This document shows, piece by piece, positions 26,201-40,362 of a DNA stretch of 64,000 nt. Under the pieces are notes generated by a model. That model was not told the origin of the DNA and made no database searches. It was given only the letters and a program-made list of their open reading frames with translations. The position numbers and the translations under genes were made by a program. Each line of letters starts with the position of its first letter. The first letter of the stretch is position 1. The DNA is from Chlorokybus atmophyticus. Its lineage: Eukaryota; Plantae; Mesostigma and Chlorokybus algae. The stretch lies in the NCBI GenBank assembly GCA_009103225.1, contig RHPI01000008.1, positions 238,015 through 302,014 of the forward strand, in the 5' to 3' direction.

Positions 26201-27394
26201 GCTTGAAAAGAATATCAGCGTGGCATCATCTTGTGAGCAGTCGCAGCTGTCTGCTTCATCAGTTGCTGCTCGTTGTTAAATTATGGACCGCCTAGTCGTA
26301 TTCTGCTGAATTAGAGACTTTTTTTTGGGTTTTTTCAGTTGGGCATAAAACTGCATGGTCTAGACCTCGGTTTATGTGATATATAAACTAATCGCAGTTA
26401 ATTTGACCTTGTACATCACTCGTACGCATACTGACATACTGACATACACACCCTCCAACACTGCTCGAAGTGTATGCAACAGAGATGCACACAGTCAATG
26501 GCAGTGACAGCGTAAAAATACAGCCCACACCAGATAAGCAAGTGTGCACGCAGCTGAAATAACAATCAGCATGCAATCTCAGCCGGCAACACTGCTATAC
26601 AGCATATGCAAACAAAGAATGCAACGCACATGCCAGCAACAGATGTGCAAGCTGATGCATAAACATGAGAGGCTTAAGAAACCGCGCCGACACCAATGTC
26701 ATGTGGACCTCTCACTGACCCTGTGACGGTGCTCGTGCCTTGTCACCTGCGAGTTGGTCCAATCAACAACCCTCTCACCAAGAAACGGTATTCACACCGG
26801 AACCTTGCCCCCTCTGCCAAGCACACATGCGCGCCCCGCCACTCGCATACGCACGCGCATGTGCTTGAAGCTACACACCGACTTGTGTAGCGCCTTGGAT
26901 CGTCACACAAGCAAGCACACACAGTGGACACACGCTAGCAACCCCTGCTAACCACCACCAGGCTTGCACACAAGACAGAAGAAGAATTAAGGAGCTAAAG
27001 GTTGTATTGCACATTGTAGAATGTCGCTTTTATACCTACCAGTCTGCACGTGCTACTGTCTAGACGATTCCGGTGCTACACAAAACTAGATGCTAAGATC
27101 TTATTGCAAAACCTTATAGCACACTTTTAGACCTTCCTTACGCACCAAAGATCTCCTATTTAGGTGCTCATATGGTCGAGTTATATCCTTGGTGCTAGGC
27201 CCTTTCAGCAATCTGGTCGAGCCCTTTTCGCCTGGCCCTCCGTTTTCTCGCACCTTTTGGACTGGTCCTGGGGCCCTGATCGATATCCGCGGCAAACTCA
27301 TAACTTGCCGATATCTGCCACAAGTCATGCAAACGTGGTGCTCGATAAATGGGCCAAAAAAAGGTAATAAAATCATGAAACTTGGCCTCGACTC

Positions 27395-27939
27395 TTATAG
27401 ACCCGCTGGTGGGAGTCGCAACCTTCTGCACAAGCAGCTGAACTTTACAACCTTGCAACTAGCAACAACCCACAAGGGAGTAGCCCCTTTAACAACTTCA
27501 ACCAGGCACCCCGCACACAAGTAGTTTTGCCAGGCTAGTAACTCCTCGCCACCACAAGGTGGTAATCACACCTTTGAACTACCTGCTCCTCTCCGACCTG
27601 ACATATACAATGTCCGAGGCCAATAAGGCCTCGCCACCTATGCGCTGAGCTGTCAGCATATGCTGACTTTGTCTACCCTCGGACACATTGACATAGGCAG
27701 CACTCTTGCTGCTTTAGCAACAACTCTGCGCGTGACACTAATTAGTCTTGTACTTGCTAGTCAGTGCCTTGTGTAGCTGCTACGTCTTCATGAACTTCGT
27801 GCATATGAACCAACCTCATGAGCACGTATGCCAGGTGCTAAACACATTATGACTATACGTAATCCTCAATAAGTCCTTCTTATTCACCACATCAATAAGG
27901 AACTGAGAGTGTGTCAAAGCTAGTCCTTTGGACGTGACA
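27395..27939 (-). mobile_element. Probable 5' LTR of the 15.9-27.9 kb Gypsy element (or a related solo LTR)
   Basis: Same orientation and same TGTCACGTC start as 15890-16574, and no PPT precedes it. Gag then pol lie between the two LTRs in the correct order. No PBS or TSD was found. Confidence 0.65.
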
Positions 27940-28939
27940 AACTCATTCGTGCATAAGCATGCAACCAGTGCTTACGCAGGATACTCTTTGTATCTGTTGT
28001 ACAGGTGACACATTACCTGTGATACTGTCACACGTATTTTTTTTATGTAATACAATATGAGTCGTAAAAAGCGCCAATGGCATGCACGCCAACCATGCAT
28101 GTGTGCAATTAATGCAAATCCACACATTTGGATGTAATATATACTGATAAGAGATCAGCTTTTATTAATATCCTGTTAATGGTTTTAATATATTTTAAAT
28201 GTTAGAAGATCATGTGAGCCATCGTCTTGTGATCTAATAATGCGAGCCACCTTCTTTTTGTTTGTTATCGATAATATATGTATTTCATGTTATACAAATC
28301 ATCACTATGGCATTTTATTAATAAATTGTTCCCATAAATTACTTCACCGACTTGTGACGCGTGCATCTTTGGGTAAGTTACAAAGTAATATGTATTAATC
28401 ATAATATCACACCATAATCAAAGTGCTATTAAGTAACAACATGCCCATGAGGCTAGCGAAAGTTGTTATTTGTTCCTTACTTTTAACATTCAAAATAGAC
28501 CAGATGAGATTTTTCATTTTATAAGAGTGTGTAGCTTGTGGTGTGTGCTCTCGTGCCGTCCTATCTTGAGCCTATAAGACCTTAGGTATGATAAACCACA
28601 CAGAGCGTTAATGAGGGCTAGCACAGAGCTAGTTAATCATAGCATGATGCCTATGCCATATGCATCACATGCGGCACGTGAACCTTTGTTATCGTGTGAG
28701 TTGCTATAGGAAGTGGCAGTTACGAAGTGTGAGCTTAATTGGCAAGCCACAGGATTTGTACTATAATAGTGCAATTTGCCACTGTTGTGACAGTCGCAAA
28801 ACAAGTGGTGCTTGTGGGCAATCCGCAAATTGTTTTGCAGTAAGAAAGCCTATGTTTATGATTTCTAGCTAGTTTAGTAAAACGTTATGTATATAAGATA
28901 GCACTCTTACGATGTTACAATTGTAGATTTGATACATGT

Positions 28940-29450
28940 TAGATCCTCAACCATCAGCGCCTTTTGCTGATGTGACCTAGTAAAACACCCTCATTTCATA
29001 ACATTTGGTATCAAGAGCTCAGTTAAGGGTGAAATATCTGCGTTTGAACCCTGTTGCGGTCCAAAACTCAAGTTTTCTGGGGGCCTGATCCAAGGCAGGC
29101 AAGAAACGAATGAGGGATAATTGATAGTCACTGCGACATGTCAGTGTCGCGTGAGGAACAAAGACTGGTTCTAAGTCGACTCATGAGACGAAAAGCGGCA
29201 GGCTGCGGCCAGAAGTTGCGCCGCCGACATTCGGCGCACAAGACTCGAGCAAGTCGCCAAGTAGGCTGGCGGCCAATGACGTGACCTCATCACATGAGAT
29301 TAAGTCGAGGGCCCTTCGAGATTGGATGGTTATGGGACATTCACTTCCTAACGGGAAAATGGTTACAATTGTAGCATAATTCCATGTTGAATCCTTAACC
29401 ATTAGCGCCTTTTGCTGACGTGACCCAATGGAAAACCCTCATTTTGTGAC
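28940..29450 (+). mobile_element. LTR 3' end plus tRNA-iMet-like PBS of another LTR element; a second copy of the LTR end at about 29390-29450
   Basis: ...CCCTCATTTCATAACA (29003) is followed by TGGTATCAAGAGC (29006-29018). AACCAT(C/T)AGCGCCTTTTGCTGA(T/C)GTGACC...CCCTCATTT occurs twice. Confidence 0.55.
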
Positions 29451-29852
29451 ATACAAAAACTGAAAGTGGTCGATACTTCAAACATAAAAGTTGTTGGTTT
29501 CAATGTTGAACAAGGTTAGCGCACAGTAACAAGGCGTAGATGGCCTTGGCCATCCTGTGTGCCAGGTCGGAGAGCAGCATGTGGTATGAAGGCTACACTG
29601 CATCTTTACGCAGGGATTGTTACATAGATCAGTAAATCACAATGTGTTTGTCTTGCAAAAGGGCCATTAATACTTGTGAATGCATATCATGTTAATGCTT
29701 ATAATTCATGATGGGCATCAAGCAAGCTTAAGTGAGTTAGCTCGCACGACACGACATAAGATGAAGAACAATGTGTGCTTGCTACTGTATTTCTTCAAAT
29801 GCAAACCTCTCGTATTACAACACCCCAGTTCAATATCGAGGGGGGGGGGGGG

Positions 29853-30085
29853 NNNNNNNNNNNNNNNNNNNNNNNNNNNNNNNNNNNNNNNNNNNNNNNN
29901 NNNNNNNNNNNNNNNNNNNNNNNNNNNNNNNNNNNNNNNNNNNNNNNNNNNNNNNNNNNNNNNNNNNNNNNNNNNNNNNNNNNNNNNNNNNNNNNNNNNN
30001 NNNNNNNNNNNNNNNNNNNNNNNNNNNNNNNNNNNNNNNNNNNNNNNNNNNNNNNNNNNNNNNNNNNNNNNNNNNNNNNNNNNNN
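29853..30085. other. Assembly gap (233 N) flanked on both sides by poly-G
   Basis: Run of N with G13 on the left and a G run of similar length on the right. Confidence 0.99.
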
Positions 30086-32357
30086 GGGGGGGGGGGGGTG
30101 TTTGTTGTAAGGGGTTTTATTCGATAAAATACGGTAAACCTTACGCATGCAATGCAATATGCTTAATGAGTATGCATCGTTAACATATGCTTTTTTGCTA
30201 GCCCTCGCACATTTCTGCCCTGCTGTGCGACTCGGGCTGGCTTGCAGTGTGTAACCTAACCCCAGTTGCACAGCCGTTTTGCGTGCGTGCAGGTATGGCT
30301 AATGGGCGAAAATCTCGGAGGCCTTAGCAGTTGACTTGTGCATATTGCTAAGCATCGACTCGACCTAGCTAGTGCACATAGTTAGAGTAGTGGGCCCCCC
30401 ACCCAGTTGCTTGTTTGCATGTTGCTTTTGTGTGTCTTTCAAGTGTCTACATGCTTGAACGTTAATTAGTATCCCTCGTGAGCTGGCTCCTGCAGTTTAT
30501 TAGCCATCTGTTGTATCATATGCATGGTCACCTTACCATTTTGTTACTCCACTTGAGCACCGACCTAACACAACATTAAACTTACGCAACGCGTGAATCA
30601 GGCGCATGGGACATGTGGGTGTTGAGAGTAAGAGTAATGTCAAATCAGCATTTTGTTACACCTCATTCACCGATACATAAATGCTGCAGCACGATTGTGT
30701 TTACACCCTTCCGCAACTCCCACATGCAGTATGGCCGCATTGCATGTCATAAAGAGATTACTAGAACCGTTGGTTTGAATAGCCTTAAACAACGCCACAA
30801 CTAGTAATGTATCCCTTGGCTGAATGCGCACCTAGCTGTTGCAGCAATGTTTAACATTGGGCAAGTTGCCGCATCGCATCTTCATTTGCTTAAAAGCGTT
30901 GCATTACAAAGACGTCCGCATAGGGGCCAATTGGGAGCCCTATGCCCCCAGATTGGTGATGTTAAAGCCGGGGCCGTACGCCGCACCTCAAGCTTAACCG
31001 CCCTTGGCTTTTTGGACTGCTTAATGTAAAGTGTAATGAATGATTGGCGGTTGGGGCTAGGGTGATGTTGCTCTCGTTCAATAGATTTGTTACCGGCCTG
31101 ATGCGAGCTACGTGTGGGTTGAGGAAAGCACAGTAGCGCATGATGCGATGGGGTCATGCAATCACTGCTTACTTGGCTGAGATTTTGCCGGTGAGCCTAA
31201 AGCCAGGGTAACCTAGTCAGCATAGCCCTGGTGTTGTTGATTTTGCCGTGTATACCTTGAGGGAAGAATCCATTGGTGCCATTCACCAATCCTAAGGTGA
31301 AGATGCTCATAACCTGACACGCATTGCGTGCATATATCTGTGTCAGTGTCTGTGCGCGCACAGGCGTGTATTCAGCTCTTTCTGTCCTTCCATTGCTGTG
31401 TCCTCATCAAACATGCACACATGCATATCATCAGTCACCTGCTTGGGCATTCCGTAAAGGTGAGGCCTCCGCGGGCGCCCTGTTGACCTTCCCGCATGTA
31501 TGGAGGGTGGGGACTGCAATGAAGTTCGCATCAAAGTTGTTCTGGTCCTAGTGATTTCAAGGGCCTGTTATGGTTGCGCGGGTCCAATGCCGCCTGCACC
31601 ACCTCAAACACACACAGGCCGTACTCTTCAATTATGTAGTTGCAACGATCCCACAACAGCTGCCTGCTGTCCGTCGACTGGTACCTAGCTGGACACGCCA
31701 GCCGTGTGGTACCGCATCCGCCAGCCCCGGGATGCTCATCAGCACGATACATCCCTTCAACCTCACATTTCAACATAAGTCATATCATGAGTGGGTACAC
31801 TGAGAAGACTCTTGGAGGTCAGCAATAGCAAAAACGGCGGCGCATACATGCGCTCGCACACACGTATACACAATGCAACACAAGTGGGTGTGCTTACCTT
31901 GTCTCGAGCGGCACCGATCTCTACAATGCACAAGCAGCAATAAGGCTAAGTGCGAGTGCTGCATGCAATCATACAAGACTTGAGACAAACGGAAGCACAC
32001 ATACGCATCAAACACGATAACCCAATAGTTTTTCCATCTCAAAGTCAATCACACTGATTCTCACAATGTAACAGCATAAACCGCTGCATTTTCATTTGCA
32101 CATTGCTGCTATTGTAGTCCTCGCTAAACGTCTTGCAAAGCATCGCGCCATGTATGAAGCGTATTAATTCCCTTTGAATTTAATATAATCCACAATATCG
32201 ACATTACTACTACTGATACCAAACTTGTCCTATATTGCTTTGCTTACCATGCCATGAATGTTTTGCCCCTTCCAATTGCTGAGGTTGTGGCTGAGGACGC
32301 AAGTCTTTGAGAGGATCGCCAGCTGCCCGCTGCCCCTTTAACGTGTGCACCACCATT

Positions 32358-35240
32358 CTAAGGGTAATCGGTGCGAAAATGGTTGAGGGCATGTTGCCTG
32401 GCTTTGAAAGTCTTAATGGCCTTCACGTAGCTTTGCGCAAGGTGGCGGCGCATTGAACCGAGTTCAAAGCCATGCAGCACCAGCCTCTCTGTGAAGGAAG
32501 GCTCGAGTAACATGTCTGGGTTCTTGTCCAATAGAACCATGCGGCTCGCATGCTTGAAAGCCAAACAGGCTCTTCCAAGGTGGTGGAACCTTTGTAATTT
32601 ATAAGACATTGGAAGGCAGCCATAAGTCAAGTGCTGGAAAAACCATCAATGCAAACATACACCATGCCCGGTTAGGTATGCTTCAAAGCAGCACTAGTGC
32701 TTGTGATAATATGATGTAGATCCTTAAATGCCTTGTATTGCAAAAGCCTGTGAAACTTGTGTGTTGTTAGAGCAATCAGGTATGCCTCCGTCACTTACCA
32801 GGTCACGTGCCATCACAACACGGAAGGTCTTGGGGATGTGTTGGCCGTACGTGCGCGAAAAGGTGTGGTCTCTAAGACGAGGGCTGCCGAAGGTGTAGAC
32901 GGTGATGTCATTACAACTCAACCCCAACCAGGCCTGCTAATCACATGCCGCTAGCATAGCCAGTGCTCCGCCGAGACTGTGCCCCACACCACCAAAGGTA
33001 TTGTCATGCGCTTTTGCTCTGCTTGCGCACCGTGCAGATGTCTCACCAACAATGCTGCAACCTATGGGAATCAGTACTGCACTTGTTGGTGCAGATTTAA
33101 CATTTAAGGCAAGCAGGTGTTTTCGGTTGACAAACAACCTTCATTATGCCTACGGGAGGTGCCATAAGACACACCGAGCTGCACACTACCTCATGAGCAG
33201 CGCTCTTCCAGCTAACATAAAAAGCCGCGATGCACACACAGCCGACTGAAGTCTTTCGGTTGATTGCTGAAGACTTTGCAAATGCATACACCTGCTGTTA
33301 TAAAAGCAGCTCATTAACACAATCGCCATCAACCTGTTGTCGGGCAATTGTTCGCCTGCTGCCTGGTAATGCACCCTCTATTTGCATGCCATTTAGGCGA
33401 ACAGTAAGAACTGCAGACTCATCACCACTGTCCATATCAGTTGGCTGAACCACGAGCCTCTAAGACAAGAACAGAGTATCGAGTAATGATTGTACCGCGC
33501 TCGTTCGTTGAAGTTGAGTGCATACAACTAATATAATACGCATGTACATGTAACTTCACTGATGGGCTTCTTACCCCTTGCCAAAGTTGCAAGGCACACT
33601 ATTACTCCGCATTCGCAAGGTGTGGCTTGCGACTCTCTTAGCGCGCCTCAGATGTGATTGGCTGCTGTTTGTCTAATTAATGGGAAATTTAGGTCTGAGC
33701 GCACGCCCGCCAGCGAGGCAGTGCCTCGAAAGGCCATGAAAATAACATCCCTTGTGCATGCAAGCACGGCTTGTCAGGCATAATGATTAAACGCAAACTT
33801 CAAATTGACGTGTATATTGTTCACCGCAAATGGCCTGGCACCTTATGGTAAAGAGATAGGCTGCGTTTTATAAGCCGTTGGTGACATGGCCGATGCAGCG
33901 AAGGCAATCACTGTTGTCATTTTGCCCAATGCTACCACTTCCCACTTGCTGTTGTTCAATCGGGAGTATCTGCAACACTTGGCGTGCGGTACGCCAACAG
34001 CACAGAAGTCATGGCCAAGACACTGTCATCGCCCACAAGACAGCGTGAGTGAGCATTAAGAGATCATAACGCACTATCTTACACCACTTGATGTCATACC
34101 TACTAGAATAGAAGTCATTGCTCATTCGATGTACTGTACCATTACCAGGTGCTGAGTGCAAAGTGCGGAGGAGAGGTTCGTTTCTGGGGCTCGTCGAAGC
34201 TGTACGCGATGACAGAGAGCAAGTCTTGAGACAGATATGCCGCTGAGGTGTTCTGGAACCATCCTTGCAACGCCCTATGATGAGAAGGAAGCCTGACGCG
34301 AGCTTGAACACAGACAGTTGTTGACATATGTGGGTGTGTAATATTAAACAAACTTCAAAACGTCATTGTGGTATAGCAGCAAAGTCATGAATTAACAGCG
34401 CCGCCAAAACTCATCAACTTATATGCACCTGCATGAGGGCGAAGCTTAGTGTCACCCATAAAGTAAAGGCTTGCGGCAACGGCAGGCCCCAAAGTATCGC
34501 TAAGAGCTATTGTAGGTTTTAACGTCCATTATTGGTGTGACGGCCAGCATGATTGAACCGACCCCAAAAAGCCAGCGCCCACTGCATAATAATGCCCACA
34601 ATAAACAAGTTGTATCCCAATCACTTGGCCTTGCACAAGCGTACACAAAAACACAGTTTGTTCATGACTGAATCAGTTGCTCAAACTCAATAGCCAACAC
34701 GTATTGACAGCAGCGCACCGATACTTGGCAAGAGGCATCTGCAAAGAACCTTTTCGGCTGGATGCGTGCACAGGACAGTGTAGCCGCAAATGCCGACATC
34801 GCACGCGGCGATGATTATGGCTCCATAGTTAGAAGGCGTGACGTTTAAAGTGGCAACTCGTAGCGCAGGGATGGCGGTAGCTATGGGCATCGGGAAGCTT
34901 GTGACCCTGTATGTGACCGCCAGCACTGTGCAAAGCACTGCATATGCCACCACTGTCATCACCTACGCATAAGCGGGTTGACACACGCAAACGCACATAA
35001 GGGACAGCTCATGCGCTCGCGCGCGCACACGCATGAACACACGCATTGCGTATGCAGGCAGCCAATACCCATCAACATATGTACATACAGCGCATTCTGC
35101 GAGCTCAAACAACTCTCTCACCTTCCAGCGGTCAAAGTTAGCTGGCATTGTGAGCGTCAGAATTGTGTAGCTTGCAAACACAACCAGCCTGCCAACATTC
35201 ACACTGTAGTCACATTTCATTTTAAACATCAACTAAACAG
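32358..35240 (-). pseudogene. Class-3 (alpha/beta hydrolase) lipase pseudogene with upstream membrane-spanning exons
   Basis: GHSLGGALAMLAACD*QAWLGLSCNDITVYTFGSPRLRDHTFSRTYGQHIPKTFRVVMARDL reads in one frame with an in-frame TAG at 32937-32939. The downstream exon reads FHHLG...EPSFTERLVLHGFELGSMRRHLAQSYVKA. Upstream hydrophobic exons at 34.5-35.2 kb show frameshifts or stops. Confidence 0.65.
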
Positions 35241-36487
35241 CTGCCCCACATTATGCGTACCACCACAGGTAGTAGCCGGCTACGTCTATGGCGATAGAAC
35301 CTCTGTAAGCACCACGGCAATGTTATCAGGAGTGAAGTTGAGCGCGTACAACTAAACGCATGCAACAAGGTTAACGCCACTGCTAGGATCAGCAGTAGCG
35401 CAGCTGTTCACACCTACAGTACAAACATGCTGGCTGACTTTGCCGTAGTCAAGTCTGTAAGCTTGTCTTACAAGCTCTCTGCTCCCAAGTTTACTGCTGC
35501 AAAGCCACTCGCCTGACCACCTAAGTTGGACAAGAAACTGAAGGCAGCAGATATCAAGTGCCTTGATGCGCTCACCTATTCATGATCCCAGTCGCGGCGC
35601 AATGCGTTGCGTGAAAGCAGCGCCGGCAGTCCAGTGCAAAGAGGGTTGAGTGCGTCATAAACATGAACTAATAACGTCGCAAAATGTTTCCCCTACCAAC
35701 CGATTAAATACTGGTAACTGCCGTGCACCTAAGGATACTCATTTAGACTGTCGTGGCTCAGTCCACCTGTAATCTCGATACAAAGACCTGAGTATAACGG
35801 CCGTCCACGGCCATTTACACAAAGGGACTGACCTAGACGGACCGGTACCTGTAAGATACCTATCAGTCAAGCAAAGGTGTGACTTAGCCTAACCAACAGG
35901 CTTCCGACCGGTACGTATGAGTTGGGTACCGGCAACTTTATGGTAACTGTCCATAACCGCCAGGTACCTAGTTATCACTAATGATACCTTAGAGTACCGT
36001 CAATGATGAGTAGGTACCGCGTTTGTGTGACATCGACTGTGCAAGACGGCAATCATATATCACAACCTGATTCCATCACAGTCACATACATGTCACCTAC
36101 ACAGTACAAGCCCCACTACTAACATACTACGGTAAATAACTACACTACTACGGTAGTAGTAATACCTACTACACTACAGTCCGCCGCCGCCCTAAGTCTA
36201 GTGCTGCCGCTTGCCTGCTGCTTCCGCCCTCCTAGCCTAGTTGTTCTGAGGAAAGAGGGGCGGTCAGCTAGGGCGGCGCAACACATTATACACACCACCA
36301 CCACCACCACCACCACCACCACCACCACCACCACTAGAACAACAACAACAGCGCACCTGCTGGCGGCCGCCGCCGCCGCCTGGCCTGGCCTGGTGGCCGC
36401 CCTGCAACACGAAGGGTGGAAGGGCGGTCAGGCTGCGCTGCTGCGCACTACACGACAAGACATGCACAAGCACACAAGCACATACCT

Positions 36488-36518
<31 letters not shown>

Positions 36519-36521
36519 CCG

Positions 36522-36832
36522 CACAACGCTGAACTGCGCAAGTCAACTTGCACAGTTGAGCGTTGTGTTGCGGCTTAGCGTTTGAGTTCGCAAGGGGGCC
36601 GTTGAGTTTGAAAACTCAACGGCTTCCCTTATAACACCATCGGACCATTACGATGGTACATTTGTACAATCGTAATGGTACAAAAGTACCAATACAATGG
36701 TACCATTGTAATTGTGTTGCTGTACCATATCAATAGTACAATCGTACCATTGTCTTGAGACGAATCTTCCATTGTATCATACATCGGTACTTGTCCCAAC
36801 TCACCGCCACCACTCGTCACTAAGTTGGGACA
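36522..36832. repeat. Cluster of four strong inverted repeats (hairpins)
   Basis: 36522-36567: 21-bp stem with 2 mismatches. 36598-36623: perfect GCCGTTGAGTTT/AAACTCAACGGC. 36645-36678: CCATTACGAT/ATCGTAATGG. 36792-36832: TGTCCCAACT/AGTTGGGACA. Confidence 0.8.
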
Positions 36833-39800
36833 GATCAGTCACTTGCTTGCCATTTTTGATACATCACCGTCGCAAAATGCTATACGATCGGCTGTCGGTC
36901 GTATTAATTACGTAAATATTCCGTATCATTTGTCGAAATTAGGGGATTGAGAGGTGACTTTATTGCCATAATAGGTAGGTCGTCGCCGCGGGTGCTGTAC
37001 GACCGGCGATCGGCCGTCGACATATATTACAAGCAGGTCATAACAGGCAGGCAGCAGTGCATTATATTGTACGGTAGGCTATCGGCCGTTAATTGTTATC
37101 CACAATGTACACCGGCAGTCCAGTCAGTCCCTTTATGGCCCAAGTCGTCATGGTTAGGTACGGTCAGGTAGGGTCAGGCACTCGTCAGTCCCTCAGTCCC
37201 TGGTCAGTCATCGTGTAAAATTTGTGACGAAATAGCGGCTGAGAGCACTATGCTGTACTGGCGCGGAGTGCCATTGATTGTCCTCAGCACGAATTTTGAT
37301 GGGATGGGTCAAGAGCACCATGCCCATCATATGCAAACAGCCAACGGTGAGTTCTGGTATTACCAGTTACGGAGCTCATGTCATACATCTCATGCACATG
37401 TTGATCATGAAAGCAAAATCCCTGATATCCCATTACGCTAGGCTATGAACACCAACGTCACTCGTGTTTGCTTGCAACGCGACTGAAGCCTGTTGTGCAA
37501 CAAGCAGCTGACAATGTGAGCAAGCTTTTAGCAAGACATGCCCAACGTTTGCCCAGCTACTTTGCCAGAACAGCTTGAACGGCCTCAGCGATTTCAAAAA
37601 GCTATTTACATACATAAAGAGCGCGCCAACGGCGATGAACTAGCAACTTGCAGCAAAGTTGCTGCTGATATGATGGCGCAGCAGCTGTGCGGTATTAAAT
37701 ATTTTGTGATTACTCAGCGGCGTGTTGCGAGTCGTAAAGAAAGCTCAATGCGATCTGAAGATGACTGAACATGCGTTTGTCTTAATGCTTAGCTGTGCAC
37801 ACTGTGTATTTGAGAACGATTTGGCTCATACACAATTACTTTAGCATTTGCATGTTTCTTCTAAGGTGCACATACTATATAGTATCTAGTAGACTGAAGC
37901 AGTAATTTGATAGCGAGTCTCGCAAGAAAGCGCTTCAATCATAGCCAGCATGCAAAGCCTGCAGCAAGTCCAGCTGTCCCGCCTGCCTACATAAGCACTT
38001 CGAGCTTAAGACGCGGTCCAGACGTCTCCTTCAACTTGTCACCCCAGGCAGCAAAGCCGCCGGCATTGCCGGCGCTGCTGCCGGGCTGCTGACCCTCTGA
38101 GCTTGGGCCAGGAGGAGGCGACGGTGGAGGCTGTCCCGTTGCCATCCCCCTGGAAAAACCACAACCACCTTATCAAGGTCATGCCTACTGCTCTCCCCTT
38201 CGACCTCGCCTCCGCGCTCGCCTTCATGCTCGCCCGCCCCGCCGGCCTGGCCTTGATTTTGGTCCTGGTCCTGAGCCATGCCCTGCCGCTGCTGCAAGGC
38301 CTGCATGCGCGCGCTTCGATGACATGCGACGAGCTGTGGCTGAAGTCTACACTAGCAAGTCACGAGCTGGCAAAAATGTCCCCAAGCAAGGCCTGCTGTA
38401 GGACAAATCGTCTTTAATGTTCACACTTCAAGACAAATGCATTGCACCTCTTAGACATTGGCACCTCTTAGACATTGGCACCACGACAATATAAAGGTAA
38501 GCAAAGCTTGGAGAGTTTTTTTTTGGGGGGGGGTATGGCACTGAATATTATTTATTATTGGGTGGTAAGGTGCGAACTTGAAAGTAACAATTGTCAACTA
38601 TTATGAACGTATTATAGTTTGTCATTAATGAATGATATACATACATTGACTTGATATACATAATACTGATCAAACCCTCGCAATGCTGCCAATAGGTCAA
38701 TACAATGCGCTATTGACGCGCTATGATGATTAATATCGATTCTTCGCGAAATGACCGAACGACCTATGGGAAGTGATCGAAATTCTCCACACGTCCGTGG
38801 GCACTACCGTAGTGCTCCGAAGTGTTTGTGAAAAGTGCCGAAGCATGCATTGCACAGTCTGCCCTCGCTGTAATCACATCGTTTCTTACGACACCCTCAG
38901 TAGTGATATAAAACCGATTAACCCTTTGACATGAGGCAAACTTCCACCTTTTCAAAGCCTATCACACTTCCTGTAAGGACAATCGATGCCTATAGGGAGC
39001 ATCGCTATACAAAGGGCAACATGTATGAAATGCATTGGTTAGGATTGTTTAACCTTGTTGTAGTGACAAGTGTCGATACATAGAGATGTCCGGCTCTTGG
39101 TGAATGCATATCTTTTAAAGGTAATGTCCATGTTTGGTGCCCCTTTTTTTGTGAGTGGTTAATCGTTGGTGTTAAGTGGCAGGGTCTGAAACAGTTAAAG
39201 TGATGGTTACTGATGGCGGCAGATGTTTGGGGTATGGGGCCCGCCCCGACCTCGTACCCCAAAAAACGCACGCAACTTAGCGCCCCAAAGCCCGTACCAG
39301 GCCGTTTGGAATTGCCTTGCCTCCGAGATGCCTTTAAGATATTTTCGAGCATCTTTGCAATGATTGACAATATTTTTGCGTTTTTGTGGCAACGGCCCTT
39401 GTCTATACACCATTTGCTGGACGGTTTATACCATCGAACGGTAGTCAAATGGCGCTATTTCCGTTTGGTTGAATCTGAACGTTAAGGTGTGTAAGGTTAG
39501 CATTATTTGCTTATCGTAACCTTTGCGTTATGCACGTTGAACCGCTGCACGTAACGTGGTTGAAATGTTATTTTTTGATGTACCACCTTAATAAGTGTGT
39601 TACATGCCCATGCCATATGGACCATATGCAATCATGCCGCCACATGTGGATTTTATTGTGCTCATTTTGAAAATATGCGCATATATTTTGAGCAGTTGCA
39701 TGACTTGGGGATGTGCTACGGACGGTTGAGATCTATCGCAAACAGATCGAACGGCCAATTGCTGATAGTCGCCGCCCAGTCAATGAGAGGCAGGCAACCC

Positions 39801-40319
39801 GGCCGGCTCAATCATACGCCCAGTCAGCATCCTCTAGTTTTCTTTATACCTGATGTTTATGTTTTGCTAATGAATCCCTCGTTGCAATCACAGTTGGTCA
39901 TTATTAGCGTTACTGCGTTGTAGTGACAGTCCGTCACTACATGGAACGAACGACACCTCCGTGTAATGAGAAAATGCCTCCAGACATTCGTGGTCACTAC
40001 ATCGAGGGTAGGCCATACGGTTTTTTCTGACAAAGCACTTACAATGCATAATTGCTGCCGCCGAGCAGAGTTTTGAGTTCGTAAAGTGCCTTTGCATAAT
40101 CATTTATTTCACGAACAATTCGTAGCATTACGGTACATCGAGGATGATGGGAACGGATGGAATGGACAGATCCACTGCGACAGGTCACGTGACCTCCTGG
40201 CGAAGCCATCCAGCCAGCCGTATGCGGCGGCGGCGGCGGCGGCGACGGTGGGGATGAGAAGAAAAAAGCCCGCTGCAGGCGTTGCGGTAGAATCATATTC
40301 AAGAGGTACATTGAATTGA

Positions 40320-40321
<2 letters not shown>

Positions 40322-40358
<37 letters not shown>
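40322..40358. repeat. (CT)n microsatellite; other microsatellites at 36294-36333 (ACC), 41592-41628 (TG), 43805-43840 (GGA) and 44181-44221 (CA)
   Basis: Read directly from the sequence. Confidence 0.95.

Positions 40359-40362
<4 letters not shown>

Noticed and set aside
29680-30271. ORF-track entries spanning the N gap, and the many ORFs over CA/TG microsatellite introns at 41-48 kb
   Set aside because: Artefacts of N runs, low complexity and antisense frames of real exons.
32937-32939. In-frame TAG in the lipase as a sign of a non-standard nuclear code or readthrough
   Set aside because: The ADH and SCI1-like genes end at TAG, and PLGG1 and the E3 end at TAA; the ADH, PLGG1 and E3 stops fall where homologues end. 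The lipase has other lesions, so a pseudogene is the simpler explanation.
38915-38935. TTAACCCTTTGAC resembling a piggyBac end
   Set aside because: No matching inverted end or transposase found in the window.
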